Origin: Cyanophyceae cyanobacterium
GTDB taxonomy: Bacteria > Cyanobacteriota > Cyanobacteriia > Cyanobacteriales > Laspinemataceae
Direction: 5' to 3'
Length of the DNA: 64,000 nucleotides
Assembly (NCBI GenBank): GCA_038321985.1
Contig: JBBQFN010000011.1
Location: 32,001 to 96,000, forward strand
Shown: one piece after another, positions 1-9,734 of the stretch
Numbering within the stretch: position 1 is the first letter of the stretch
Layout: each line of letters starts with the position of its first letter
The notes under the pieces: model-generated
The model's database searches: none
Seen by the model: only the letters and a program-made list of their open reading frames with translations
What the model was told of the DNA's origin: nothing
Made by a program: the position numbers and the translations under genes

Positions 1-359
1 CTCCGTTAAAGCTGGTATTTGGACCTTTCCAGTGGGTTCAGGGTAGCGGCATTCCCGGGATCAGATTCCCTGAGCTTTTGCGAGGAGGGTTGCGATCGCC
101 CTGGGGAAAACTGGATCCCTAAGCAGCAGCCAACCCTAACTCACCCTAACGTTAGGCCCTTCTGCATCATGAGGCGATCGATACCCTTGAATATCTGCCC
201 TTTCCCCGGGGCGATCCCCACCTCAATCGCCCGGAGTGATCGGCCCTGGGGAAACAGATTAGCGGCGATCGCCAAAGGGACTTAGATTTATGAAAATAAT
301 GTTTAGATTATGTTACATTTTGAAAGAAACGCATTAATCTTTTCGGAACGCTTGCTGCA

Positions 360-1028
360 ATGTTTTCCAAAGACGTAACGAACTCCAAAACATACCAGTG
401 GTTTGAAGAGCGCCTCGAAATTCAGGCGCTTGCTGAGGACATCACCAGCAAGTACGTCCCTCCCCATGTCAATATCTTCTACTGCTTGGGCGGGATTACC
501 CTAGTCTGCTTCCTCATCCAATTTGCCACTGGGTTCGCGATGACATTCTATTATCGCCCCACCGTTACCGAAGCCTTTTCCTCAATCCAATACCTGATGA
601 CTGAGGTCAACTTCGGGTGGCTCATCCGTTCCGTTCATCGCTGGTCTGCCAGCATGATGGTCCTGATGATGATCCTGCACATCTTCCGTGTTTATTTAAC
701 CGGCGGTTTCAAAAAGCCTCGGGAACTGACCTGGGTAACCGGCGTGATCCTGGCGGTAATTACCGTCTCCTTTGGAGTAACCGGCTACTCTCTCCCTTGG
801 GATCAAGTGGGTTACTGGGCCGTTAAGATCGTCTCTGGTGTACCCGAAGCAATCCCCATCGTCGGTTCTACCATTGTTGAACTGCTTCGGGGTGGTACCA
901 GTGTGGGCCAAGGCACCTTGACTCGCTACTACAGCCTGCACACTTTCGTGTTGCCTTGGCTGATTGCCGTATTCATGCTGCTGCACTTCTTGATGATTCG
1001 TAAACAAGGTATTTCCGGTCCCTTGTAA
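360..1028 (+). CDS. petB: Cytochrome b6
   Basis: 222 aa; [28 protein letters not shown], ends [10 protein letters not shown]. Confidence 0.99.
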   Translation: MFSKDVTNSKTYQWFEERLEIQALAEDITSKYVPPHVNIFYCLGGITLVCFLIQFATGFAMTFYYRPTVTEAFSSIQYLMTEVNFGWLIRSVHRWSASMMVLMMILHIFRVYLTGGFKKPRELTWVTGVILAVITVSFGVTGYSLPWDQVGYWAVKIVSGVPEAIPIVGSTIVELLRGGTSVGQGTLTRYYSLHTFVLPWLIAVFMLLHFLMIRKQGISGPL

Positions 1029-1131
1029 AGAGATCCTTGCTTTACATTCATCAAGCTGACAATCGCTGTATCCTTTTAGCAATTGCAGCCAAGACCTGCC
1101 GACCTTAAAAATAAGGAGAGGATTCTCAAAG

Positions 1132-1614
1132 ATGTCTATTTTGAAAAAGCCGGATCTGAGCGATCCGAAGTTGCGGGCTAAATTGGAAATGGGGATGGGC
1201 CATAACTATTATGGCGAACCTGCTTGGCCGAATGACCTGCTTTATGTCTTCCCCGTGGTCATTCTCGGAACGATCGCCCTGTGTGTTGGATTGGGTGTTT
1301 TGGACCCCGCAATGGTCGGAGAACCTGCCGACCCCTTTGCAACGCCTCTGGAAATTCTACCGGAATGGTATCTGTGGCCTTCATTCCAGATGCTGCGCGT
1401 TGTTCCTAACAAACTGTTAGGAATTGCCTTGATGGGTGCAATTCCCGTGGGTTTAATGTTTGTTCCCTTTATTGAGAACGTTAACAAATTTCAAAACCCC
1501 TTCCGTCGTCCTTTGGCTACCGCAGTATTCATGTTCGGTACCTTGGTCACGATCTGGTTGGGAGTTGGGGCAATCATGCCGATTGACAAGTCTCTGACTC
1601 TCGGTCTGTTCTAA
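1132..1614 (+). CDS. petD: Cytochrome b6-f subunit IV
   Basis: [14 protein letters not shown] and PEWY motifs; follows petB; AGGAG RBS. Confidence 0.99.
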   Translation: MSILKKPDLSDPKLRAKLEMGMGHNYYGEPAWPNDLLYVFPVVILGTIALCVGLGVLDPAMVGEPADPFATPLEILPEWYLWPSFQMLRVVPNKLLGIALMGAIPVGLMFVPFIENVNKFQNPFRRPLATAVFMFGTLVTIWLGVGAIMPIDKSLTLGLF

Positions 1615-1790
1615 ATTTTCCCGGTTCAATTCCCGGTTAAATCAGACGCCCATGCGTTTCTCAGATGTGCAACAGTACCCCTGAGAGTAAAGCAGGGGCG
1701 TCTTTTCACGTTTTTTACAAGGCTTCTCTTAATCCTTGTTATCCAGGCGGGGTCTGCCAAAACGCCACCCTACCCGGGCAAGGAGCATTT

Positions 1791-3446
1791 TTACCCTTTT
1801 TCTCCCGTATCAGACCCTTGCCATTCGTCGATCGCAAACTCTAAGGTTTGACCTTGGGAACTGCCAAATTTTAGTAAAATGCCCGATTCTAACTTCACCT
1901 CTTGATGGTGGACTTTTTGCCACCCGTCACTATTTTTAATTAAAGTCCCATACCGGGAAAAATCCCGAAGAAAATAGGCCGGGACTGAATCGATACGGGA
2001 CATATCCCGATAAAAAATTTCGGCGTGTCGTTGAGAAACCCACCGTTCCTGAATCACGAGGTCGTTCTGGGAAAGGCGACCCACGCGCATCAGGCCCCCG
2101 CGAATCGGCCAAACTTGGGGAGTGACATCCACCGATCGCAGATAAGCCAGACTAATTAAGGGACGAATCCCCGAGGGTGTGTTCTCCGGAAGTTCTGTCT
2201 CTAAATAGTCCAGGGGTTGGATTAATTCCCCATTGAACTCGGGATGCATATAAAGGACAGGTAAGGTCCAGGCCGGTTGATTGAATTTATAAACGGTTAA
2301 TAGTTGTTGTCGGGCGACTGCCACGGCGCGATCGATAGACATTCGGTCAGCAAGGGCGGTGGTCAAGGCTTGAATAAAACTTAACGCTTCTTCATCGGTA
2401 ATCGAGTCGCGCATTCCCAAAACTGCCGGAACACCATGATGGATCAAGACTTCTGCCAAACTGCTGCGGGGGATAGCTTGTTCATTCTGGCGATCGCTCT
2501 GAGCACCCCAACAGGCGTTAAACACGGCTAAGGTTACTTCCCCTCGCACCAGCACTTGAGCCAATTCTGTGCCGCTGAGGGGGGTTCCGCTTCGTAATAA
2601 TAACTGACCTCCAGCCGGTGCACAGATCCCATGACCTGCATAAAAGAAAATATTATAATTGCCTGTTTCCAGGGTTTCGATTAATTCGCTGGGAGTCGGC
2701 TGTACCAATGTATCGACATGGCAAGCTACCGGCAGAATATTCTCACTGGCAGGACGGGTGCGATCGCTCTGTTCTAGGACCCGCGCTAGGGTAGCCGCCT
2801 CTTGTTGCAGTTGTAGGCGGTTTTCTGGAGTGGAGGGATTACTGGGGGTCTCGACTTCTTCCCCTAAGACCAATAAAATCTTTAAGGATTGGCGAGTGCA
2901 GCGGATAGCCAGGGGGTCTACATCACTGGTTGTCCGACTAAATCGCAGTTGGGGGTTGAGAGAAATGGTCGGTTTACCGGGTCGGGGTTGCATGAGTTCC
3001 CAGGGCAACGAAATCAGTTCCGGGTCCCGAATTTCTAACTGGATCCGCAGGGGTCGGTCCTGACCCATGGCGATCCCCATGCTTTGGGCGTAGCTACTTT
3101 GGAGAGCTTCCCCAAACAGCCATTGCCAAAGCTGGAGGCCCAACTGCTGCATCAGGCGAGCGCTGTAACTGGCCGGAGAGTTACTGCTATTGAGGTTGAG
3201 TAATTCCAGGGAGTTGACTTGGGATGATGCAGGCAGAGTCCAGACGGAGGGCAAGGGCTGTAGAGAAAATAGCTGATGCCACCCTTGCCAAGTCTCGGTT
3301 AAGGAATCCGGCCAGGGACAGTCATAATGAACATAGCCACCGGGATAGGGGGCTTTAATCACCCAGATCGCAAAGTGTTTTGCATTAGGGGTGTTATTTA
3401 GCGGGGCGATCGCGATGCTCAGGCAAGGAATCTCAGACCAAGACAT
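1791..3446 (-). CDS. HetF-like CHAT (caspase-like) protease with C-terminal FHA domain
   Basis: LPWE, FYAGHG (catalytic His), VFNACWGA (catalytic Cys), WTLPVLY; FHA motifs VGR...VSQRHA...SRYGT. Confidence 0.9.
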   Translation of the reverse strand: MSWSEIPCLSIAIAPLNNTPNAKHFAIWVIKAPYPGGYVHYDCPWPDSLTETWQGWHQLFSLQPLPSVWTLPASSQVNSLELLNLNSSNSPASYSARLMQQLGLQLWQWLFGEALQSSYAQSMGIAMGQDRPLRIQLEIRDPELISLPWELMQPRPGKPTISLNPQLRFSRTTSDVDPLAIRCTRQSLKILLVLGEEVETPSNPSTPENRLQLQQEAATLARVLEQSDRTRPASENILPVACHVDTLVQPTPSELIETLETGNYNIFFYAGHGICAPAGGQLLLRSGTPLSGTELAQVLVRGEVTLAVFNACWGAQSDRQNEQAIPRSSLAEVLIHHGVPAVLGMRDSITDEEALSFIQALTTALADRMSIDRAVAVARQQLLTVYKFNQPAWTLPVLYMHPEFNGELIQPLDYLETELPENTPSGIRPLISLAYLRSVDVTPQVWPIRGGLMRVGRLSQNDLVIQERWVSQRHAEIFYRDMSRIDSVPAYFLRDFSRYGTLIKNSDGWQKVHHQEVKLESGILLKFGSSQGQTLEFAIDEWQGSDTGEKG

Positions 3447-3792
3447 TCAAAACACTGGCTCTAATGTGAAAGTAGCTTTTAACCAGTGTATCTGTTCTCG
3501 GTTGATGATGCTCAATTGAGGGAGTTCTCCCCGTAATTAGAGCGATTTCCCCCGCGCTTTGTGTGAAATGGTTATCCATTGTCTGTTTCACCCTCAGAGG
3601 CGATCGCGGGGGATATCACAGTTGTCAAGATTCTTTCTGGAGGTGCCGAGCAAACCAATGCTGTTAAGAAACGGGAGTGCGTAGCACCTTGAGGCTGCAA
3701 TCCCCTGGAGATAGCTTTGACCCTGAATCGGATTTGAATGCCAGAGATTGAACTGAGTTTTAAACCGGATGAAGATAACACCCCCTGGTGAT

Positions 3793-4497
3793 TTATGCGG
3801 ACAAATTTTCTACTTCAGATACGGCATAACGGGCGATCGCCAAGCTAAGGCGAGCTTTTTCAATCTCGGATAAATTTGACCAGGTTTTCTCCGTGATTGT
3901 GGTTACGGTGGATTCGAGGGATTCCCCGCGCATGGCGTAGGCAAAAGGTCTGGCTAAAACCTGTAAATCCTCTGGAGTCCACTGAGGCAGCAATGCGCTG
4001 ACACATTCCACTAATCGTTGAGCCGTTGGGGTTTGGGTGGAAGCTAGGTTTCTGGCTTGATCGGCGATCGCCTCTAACCAGTTGGACGGAACCTGGGTAC
4101 CAAACTTTTGCAGTAAAGCTGCTCTAACTTTCTCTACTGCCGAGGTTGTCGAGCTATTGGCGGACCACAATTTCTGGAAAGAGGCGATCGCGGTTTGTGC
4201 TCGGGGGGCGAACTCTTCCTCGGTCAACCACAAGGGGGTAACTTCGGCTTCCAGGGTCGAAAAATATGCCTCAGACTCAAGATCGGTGGGGTTCCAAGGG
4301 TAAGGAACTTCTGGTTGGGTTAGGGACTCTAAGAGTTCTAACTCCAGATGAGATTGAGAATATTCTCTACATTCAAGATCACGGCGTGGATTTGGCATGG
4401 ATGATGCTCCTCCTGAGTGCATGGATGGATTTGCTTTGATATCGCTAGCTACAATAGCGGTTCTGTCCGTTCCGCAATCGATGAAGCGATCGGGCAA
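3793..4497 (-). CDS. Conserved cyanobacterial protein, PatU3-like; start may be a downstream ATG
   Basis: YPWNP motif and helical C-terminus (RLVECVSALLP...LSEIEKARLSLAIARYA); similarity to PatU3 is from memory. Confidence 0.7.
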   Translation of the reverse strand: MPDRFIDCGTDRTAIVASDIKANPSMHSGGASSMPNPRRDLECREYSQSHLELELLESLTQPEVPYPWNPTDLESEAYFSTLEAEVTPLWLTEEEFAPRAQTAIASFQKLWSANSSTTSAVEKVRAALLQKFGTQVPSNWLEAIADQARNLASTQTPTAQRLVECVSALLPQWTPEDLQVLARPFAYAMRGESLESTVTTITEKTWSNLSEIEKARLSLAIARYAVSEVENLSA

Positions 4498-4950
4498 TGG
4501 GGATTTTTATTTAACACTTTCTTTGCATAGTCCCTGATTTATTTTTTAGGAAAAATACTTTAATTTTCCGCAGGCTTCTGTCCTAAAAAGGTAAAATTTC
4601 AGGATATAAATAATCTTAAGAAAATCTAAATGCAGATTAAACGCTGAATCTTTCGGTAAAAACCCGATGAGGAGGGGGAAACCGGGCAAAATCTTGCGGG
4701 TTTGGGGAGAAGGGGGATCGCCGGGGGTGAGTCTGAAGAATCCCTGAGTTTCGCGCCCTAAATAATGAAACTCCCGGCCAAGTAGCCGCTTTAATCATTC
4801 TAGTCTAGCCTAAAATTATGAGAGCCTGTTGGTAAACTTAACTCCACCTTTCCAAACCCTTGCTAAACTGACTAAATTAACGTAAAAATTGTCCCCTATT
4901 TCTGCAATCCTAGGCTGCTTAACTTAAATTGTAATCCCCGGAACTCAAAA

Positions 4951-5970
4951 ATGCCCGTTCTTTCTCCTGACCTGCAACAAAAACTAGCAACTCCCCTAAA
5001 AATTGGTCAAGTTACGGTAAAAAGCCGTGTCCTGCAATCCCCCTTATCCGGCGTCACCGATATGGTCTTTCGTCGTCTGGTGCGTCGCTATGCACCAGAC
5101 TCGATGATGTACACGGAAATGGTGCAAGCGAGCAGTTTGCACTATTTACGGGAGGTTCCCCAAATTATGGAAGTGGACCCAAACGAACAACCCATTAGTG
5201 TTCAATTATTTGACTGTCGTCCCGATTTCTTAGCAGCAGCAGCGGTGATGGCGGTTGCGGAAGGGGCGGATACGATTGATATTAATATGGGCTGTCCGGT
5301 GAATAAAATTACCAAAAATGGCGGGGGTTCTTCGTTGTTGCGGGACCCAAAAACCGCAGAGGCAATTGTTAGTGCAGTGGTGAAGGCGGTGTCGGTTCCA
5401 GTGACGGTAAAAACCCGAATTGGGTGGTCCGATGAGGAGATTAATATCCTGGACTTTGCTAAGGGAATGGAAGATGCCGGTGCGGCGATGATTACCATTC
5501 ATGGACGGACTCGCGCTCAAGGATATCACGGCAGTGCCAAATGGGACTGGATCCGACGAGTCAAGGAAGTGCTCTCAATTCCAGTAATTGGGAATGGGGA
5601 TATTTTTTCGGTAGAAATGGCGGTGCGCTGTTTGGAAGAGACGGGTGCAGATGGGGTGATGTGTTCCCGAGGGACGTTGGGGTATCCGTTTTTAGTAGGA
5701 GAGATTGACCATTTCTTGAAAACTGGGGAGGAGTTGTCGGCACCGACCCCGATTGAACGGTTGGAATGTGCGAAGGAGCATTTACGGGGATTGTGGGAGT
5801 ACAAAGGCGATCGCGGGGTACAACAGGCGCGAAAGCATTTGACGTGGTATGCGAAAGGGTTTTACGGTGCTGGAGAGTTACGGGATAAGTTAGCGCGGAT
5901 TGAGTCGGTGGCACAGGGATGTGACTTAATCGACGGCGCAATCGCCCAAGGGGTTCGGGACGAATCTTAA
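4951..5970 (+). CDS. dusB: tRNA-dihydrouridine synthase DusB
   Basis: SPLSGVTD, DINMGCP, VTVKTRIGW, IHGRT, IGNGDI. Confidence 0.95.
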   Translation: MPVLSPDLQQKLATPLKIGQVTVKSRVLQSPLSGVTDMVFRRLVRRYAPDSMMYTEMVQASSLHYLREVPQIMEVDPNEQPISVQLFDCRPDFLAAAAVMAVAEGADTIDINMGCPVNKITKNGGGSSLLRDPKTAEAIVSAVVKAVSVPVTVKTRIGWSDEEINILDFAKGMEDAGAAMITIHGRTRAQGYHGSAKWDWIRRVKEVLSIPVIGNGDIFSVEMAVRCLEETGADGVMCSRGTLGYPFLVGEIDHFLKTGEELSAPTPIERLECAKEHLRGLWEYKGDRGVQQARKHLTWYAKGFYGAGELRDKLARIESVAQGCDLIDGAIAQGVRDES

Positions 5971-6040
5971 GGGACTTAAGAGCGAATATAGCGTCTCCCA
6001 CGGCAGAGGGCTATAGCCGCACCGGAACATGAGCGCGGAT

Positions 6041-8314
6041 TTAATCGGCAGCATTGCTAAGGCGTCGCAGATTTAGGACGTCGCTGATTTGGCGAATTTG
6101 GTTAAAGGTGCGTTCAAGTTGTCGGAGATCGCAAATATCGATCCCCAGTTCGATCGTGGCGGGTTTACCCATATAGGTTCTCACGTTCGCGCTGCGGACG
6201 TTGACATTGTTATCCTTTAATCGAGACAAAATATCATTGAGTACCCCGACGCGATCTAGCACTTCGATTTGAATCTCAATCGGATAGCTTTGAGGACGAC
6301 CCCCGTAACAATCGGTGGGATTCCAGTTCACCGGGACGAGGCGATCGCCGGGAATGCCTTCGACGTTGGAACAGCCTTGACGGTGAATGGAGATGCCGCG
6401 ATCGCCCCGGGTGACAATCCCGATAATTGCTTCTCCGGGGATCGGCGTACAACATCGAGCCAGATGATACACCAATCCCTCCACCCCGGCGATCGGGTGT
6501 TTCCCTTTCGTCGTGGCGGGAGGAAGAGAGGCCCTCACGGTTACTCCGGTTAGTAACAAGGGCTGAGTCTGCGCTAAAGTTTGGCGATCGGCTACTTCAC
6601 CCCGGAGGCGATGCACCACTTGATTGAAGGTGACTTCTCCATAACCCACTCCAGCGAGTAAATCCTCAACGCTGTGGTAATTACAGCGTTGGGCGACTTG
6701 CAGCATTTGTTCAGACTTGAGCAAGGATTCAAATCCATTTTTACCCAGTTCTTTTTCCAACATATCCCGACCCCGTTGGACATTTTCTTCCCGGTGCGAT
6801 CGCTTATACCATTGGCGAATTCGAGTTTTTGCCGTGGTGGTAATCGCAAAATTTAGCCAATCTAAACTCGGGTGACTGTTTTTCTGGGTAATAATCTCGA
6901 CGATATCCCCATTATTTAAGGGAGTATCCAAGGTGATCAGCCTCTCGTTTACCCGCGCACCCGCACAATGGTTACCCACTTCAGTATGAATTCGATAAGC
7001 AAAGTCTACGGGAGTTGCCCCTTGTTTTAAGGAGATTAAATCACCTTGGGGGGTAAACACGTAGACATCTTCATCAAATAAATTATCCTTGACATTTTCC
7101 AAATACTCCTGAGCATCCTTGAGGTCACTTTGCCATTCCAAAAGCTGACGTAACCAGGTGAATTTTTCATCATCGTTATTGAACTTAATATGGCTCGATC
7201 CACTTTCTTTATATTTCCAGTGAGCCGCGATCCCGTACTCAGCAACGTGATGCATTTCTAAGGTGCGGATTTGCACTTCAATCGGTCGTCCCGTCGGTCC
7301 GAGGACCACGGTATGTAAGGATTGATAGCGGTTGGGTTTGGGGAGGCCAATGTAGTCTTTGAACCGCCCGGGGAGGGGACGGAAGGCATCGTGAGCGATC
7401 GCCAGAGCGCGGTAGCATTCTTCGCTTTTTTCAACTAGAATTCTCACGGCAGCTACATCATAAATTTCTTCAAATTTTTTGTTCTGGCGCTGCATTTTTT
7501 GATAGATTCCGTACAGATGCTTGGGACGTCCGCTGACCTCCATGCAACCGATCCCCAGTTCTTCTAGGCGCAGTCGCAAGGTTTCGGTGACTTTATTCAG
7601 TCGGTTTTCCCGATCAATGCGTTTTTCGGCGACTAAATCCTGCATCTGTCGATAGGCTTCCGGTTCGAGATACTTAAAGGACAAGTCTTCAAGTTCCCAT
7701 TTAAACCGACCGATCCCCAGGCGGTTGGCAAGGGGAGCAAAGATTTCTCGGGTTTCTAGGGCGATGCGCTGGCGCTTGACATCGGCAAGGGACTCTAGGG
7801 TTCGCATATTGTGCAGGCGATCGGCCAGTTTAACGACGATCACCCGGATATCTTTCGCCATTGCCAGAAACATCCGCCGGAAGTTCTCCGCTTGCCGTTC
7901 GGTTTTGCTGGAAAAGTTAAATTTCGAGAGCTTGGTTACCCCTTCGACAAGCTGGCGCACTTCTTCTCCAAAGCGCTTTTCTATTTCTTCTGGGGTCACA
8001 TCTGTATCTTCAACCACGTCATGCAAAAACCCAGCGGCTATCATGGCACTGCTGCCGCCGAGATCCCGCAACAATCCGGCAACCGCGATCGGATGGATGA
8101 TATAAGGTTCTCCGGATTTGCGCCGCTGACATTCATGAAGCTGATAGGCGAATTCAAACGCCCGACAGACTAGGGAGTTATCTGTGGGGGATAGGTCGGA
8201 GTGGTCTGAGTCAGGAGATTCGTTATAGGAGATTAGACAGGTTTGCAGCCATTGGGGAATCTCGACATCAAAGGAGCAGGCTGGAGCAACGGGGTTCATT
8301 ACCATAGGGCTCAA
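6041..8314 (-). CDS. relA: Bifunctional (p)ppGpp synthetase/hydrolase (HD, SYNTH, TGS, ACT)
   Basis: RKSGEPYIIHP, LHDVVEDT, KLADRLHNMRTL, YQSLHT, EVQIRT, AEYGIAAHWKYK. Confidence 0.97.
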   Translation of the reverse strand: MSPMVMNPVAPACSFDVEIPQWLQTCLISYNESPDSDHSDLSPTDNSLVCRAFEFAYQLHECQRRKSGEPYIIHPIAVAGLLRDLGGSSAMIAAGFLHDVVEDTDVTPEEIEKRFGEEVRQLVEGVTKLSKFNFSSKTERQAENFRRMFLAMAKDIRVIVVKLADRLHNMRTLESLADVKRQRIALETREIFAPLANRLGIGRFKWELEDLSFKYLEPEAYRQMQDLVAEKRIDRENRLNKVTETLRLRLEELGIGCMEVSGRPKHLYGIYQKMQRQNKKFEEIYDVAAVRILVEKSEECYRALAIAHDAFRPLPGRFKDYIGLPKPNRYQSLHTVVLGPTGRPIEVQIRTLEMHHVAEYGIAAHWKYKESGSSHIKFNNDDEKFTWLRQLLEWQSDLKDAQEYLENVKDNLFDEDVYVFTPQGDLISLKQGATPVDFAYRIHTEVGNHCAGARVNERLITLDTPLNNGDIVEIITQKNSHPSLDWLNFAITTTAKTRIRQWYKRSHREENVQRGRDMLEKELGKNGFESLLKSEQMLQVAQRCNYHSVEDLLAGVGYGEVTFNQVVHRLRGEVADRQTLAQTQPLLLTGVTVRASLPPATTKGKHPIAGVEGLVYHLARCCTPIPGEAIIGIVTRGDRGISIHRQGCSNVEGIPGDRLVPVNWNPTDCYGGRPQSYPIEIQIEVLDRVGVLNDILSRLKDNNVNVRSANVRTYMGKPATIELGIDICDLRQLERTFNQIRQISDVLNLRRLSNAAD

Positions 8315-8335
8315 GGATAAATAATGGGGTAAATT

Positions 8336-8350
8336 TGATAATATTTATCA
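8336..8350. promoter_or_regulatory. Fur-family-like 7-1-7 inverted repeat
   Basis: TGATAAT-A-TTTATCA, one mismatch to TGATAATnATTATCA, just upstream of relA. Confidence 0.35.
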
Positions 8351-8365
8351 ATTCTAAGGTATTTA

Positions 8366-8383
8366 TTGTATCTGAAGATACAA
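8366..8383. promoter_or_regulatory. NtcA-binding site between relA and patD
   Basis: Perfect palindrome TTGTATCT-GA-AGATACAA containing TGTA-N8-TACA. Confidence 0.7.
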
Positions 8384-8591
8384 CAAAACCGTCAGTGAAG
8401 AGTTAATAGCTGAGAACTGGTACAGGAGCCATTCCGACCTGGGGGCCGGAAATCCGTAGATCCCTAAGCTATTCATTCATACACTACAAGAGAAACTGCT
8501 CAGCTAAGGCTGAAAATTTATATCTAGGTTAAAGTTTTATTAAATTGTATGAATTGTCTACTCTATTAATATAGACAATATTTTTGGGGTT

Positions 8592-8963
8592 ATGCTGCCA
8601 GATCTTCATGATCAGTGTTATAGAAATTTAATGCAAGCACTACAGCAATTAGCCGAAACGGTAAATGCGCCCAATCCAGATAAACCGAGAGTGCGAGCCA
8701 GTACACTTGAAATGCAACAATTTTTTCAGGAGCAAATCTTGAGCTTAGGTATGGATGAGCTAGACCAGGGGGTAGTCTCCCTAGTGCAGTCGTTCCAGAC
8801 GGAACTACACAAACAACTGAGGCTGTTGGGAAATGACGTGATGTTTTTATTCTCGGCCCGACAACCGCAGACCTTTGAACGGCGCTTGTCTGAAGTGCGC
8901 GATCGCATTAATAGTTCCATCGGCTACTGCGAAGCAATTTTGTCTATCCAGGCCAAGAATTGA
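8592..8963 (+). CDS. patD: PatD family protein (heterocyst frequency control protein homologue)
   Basis: QQFFQEQI...QSFQTELHKQLRLL..DVMFL.SARQ...IGYCEAIL; divergent from relA. Confidence 0.8.
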   Translation: MLPDLHDQCYRNLMQALQQLAETVNAPNPDKPRVRASTLEMQQFFQEQILSLGMDELDQGVVSLVQSFQTELHKQLRLLGNDVMFLFSARQPQTFERRLSEVRDRINSSIGYCEAILSIQAKN

Positions 8964-9075
8964 GTCCAAGGGGCGAGGGTCAAGGTCCGGATTTGCAGTC
9001 GCCAATCCGGAAACTCCTACCCGATAATTCGTTCCAACTCCCATTTTTGAAGGTGAATCCGGGAAAGAAAGAGCA

Positions 9076-9642
9076 ATGCAATGTCCAAAAGATAAGAATG
9101 AGACCCTAGTCGATGGATTTTTGTCCGGGGATCTCCCCGTCAAGCACTGTGTGGATTGTCAAGGCAGTTGGATTTCCTCCCCTGACTACGAAACCTGGAA
9201 ATCGCACCAACGTCGGCAGATGATCCCCCCAACCTACGTTACCAGGGAAGTTGGAGTGCACTTCACTCCGCCTGCGTCGGACATGAAAGCAGGATTATGC
9301 CCGGAGTGTAACCGCTATCTTTCCCGTTCCAAAGTTATGGCAAAAAACCCATTTTATGTAGAACGCTGTCCTAGTTGTGGCGGGTTCTGGTGCGATCGCG
9401 GGGAATGGGAAGTCCTAGAAGACTTGGGACTCCACGATACCTTAGAGCAAATCTTTTCCGGGGAATGGCAAGCCCGGGTGCGATTGGTGCTTCAATCCGA
9501 AAAAGAGCGCGATGCCACCATTGACAAATTAGGTCCCGAGGTTGCCGAATTGGTTTTTCAACTCGCGGAAGTTCTTGAACAGCACCCGAATGGAGATTTT
9601 GGGGTAGCCTATCTTATGCGGCGCTTTGATAAACCGCAGTAA
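9076..9642 (+). CDS. Double zinc-ribbon (zf-TFIIB-like) protein
   Basis: CPKD/CVDC-GSW and CPEC/CPSCGGFWCDRGEW motifs. Confidence 0.8.
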   Translation: MQCPKDKNETLVDGFLSGDLPVKHCVDCQGSWISSPDYETWKSHQRRQMIPPTYVTREVGVHFTPPASDMKAGLCPECNRYLSRSKVMAKNPFYVERCPSCGGFWCDRGEWEVLEDLGLHDTLEQIFSGEWQARVRLVLQSEKERDATIDKLGPEVAELVFQLAEVLEQHPNGDFGVAYLMRRFDKPQ

Positions 9643-9734
9643 GGATTGGGGTAGATGGGTAAAAAATCCTCGTTACAGGGCTGAAGCCGTGACAGGAGAA
9701 GCAGTTCCAGTGCCCTCCACCCCATCTCCCCTCT

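Noticed and set aside
19..285. 88-aa ORF upstream of petB and the many short antisense or overlapping ORFs in the track
   Set aside because: No recognisable domains; most overlap well-supported genes.
4641..4790. c-di-AMP (ydaO) riboswitch-like start (GCTGAATC...GGGGGAAACC...TTGGGG)
   Set aside because: The 3' CCCGNCAGCTAAC half is absent.
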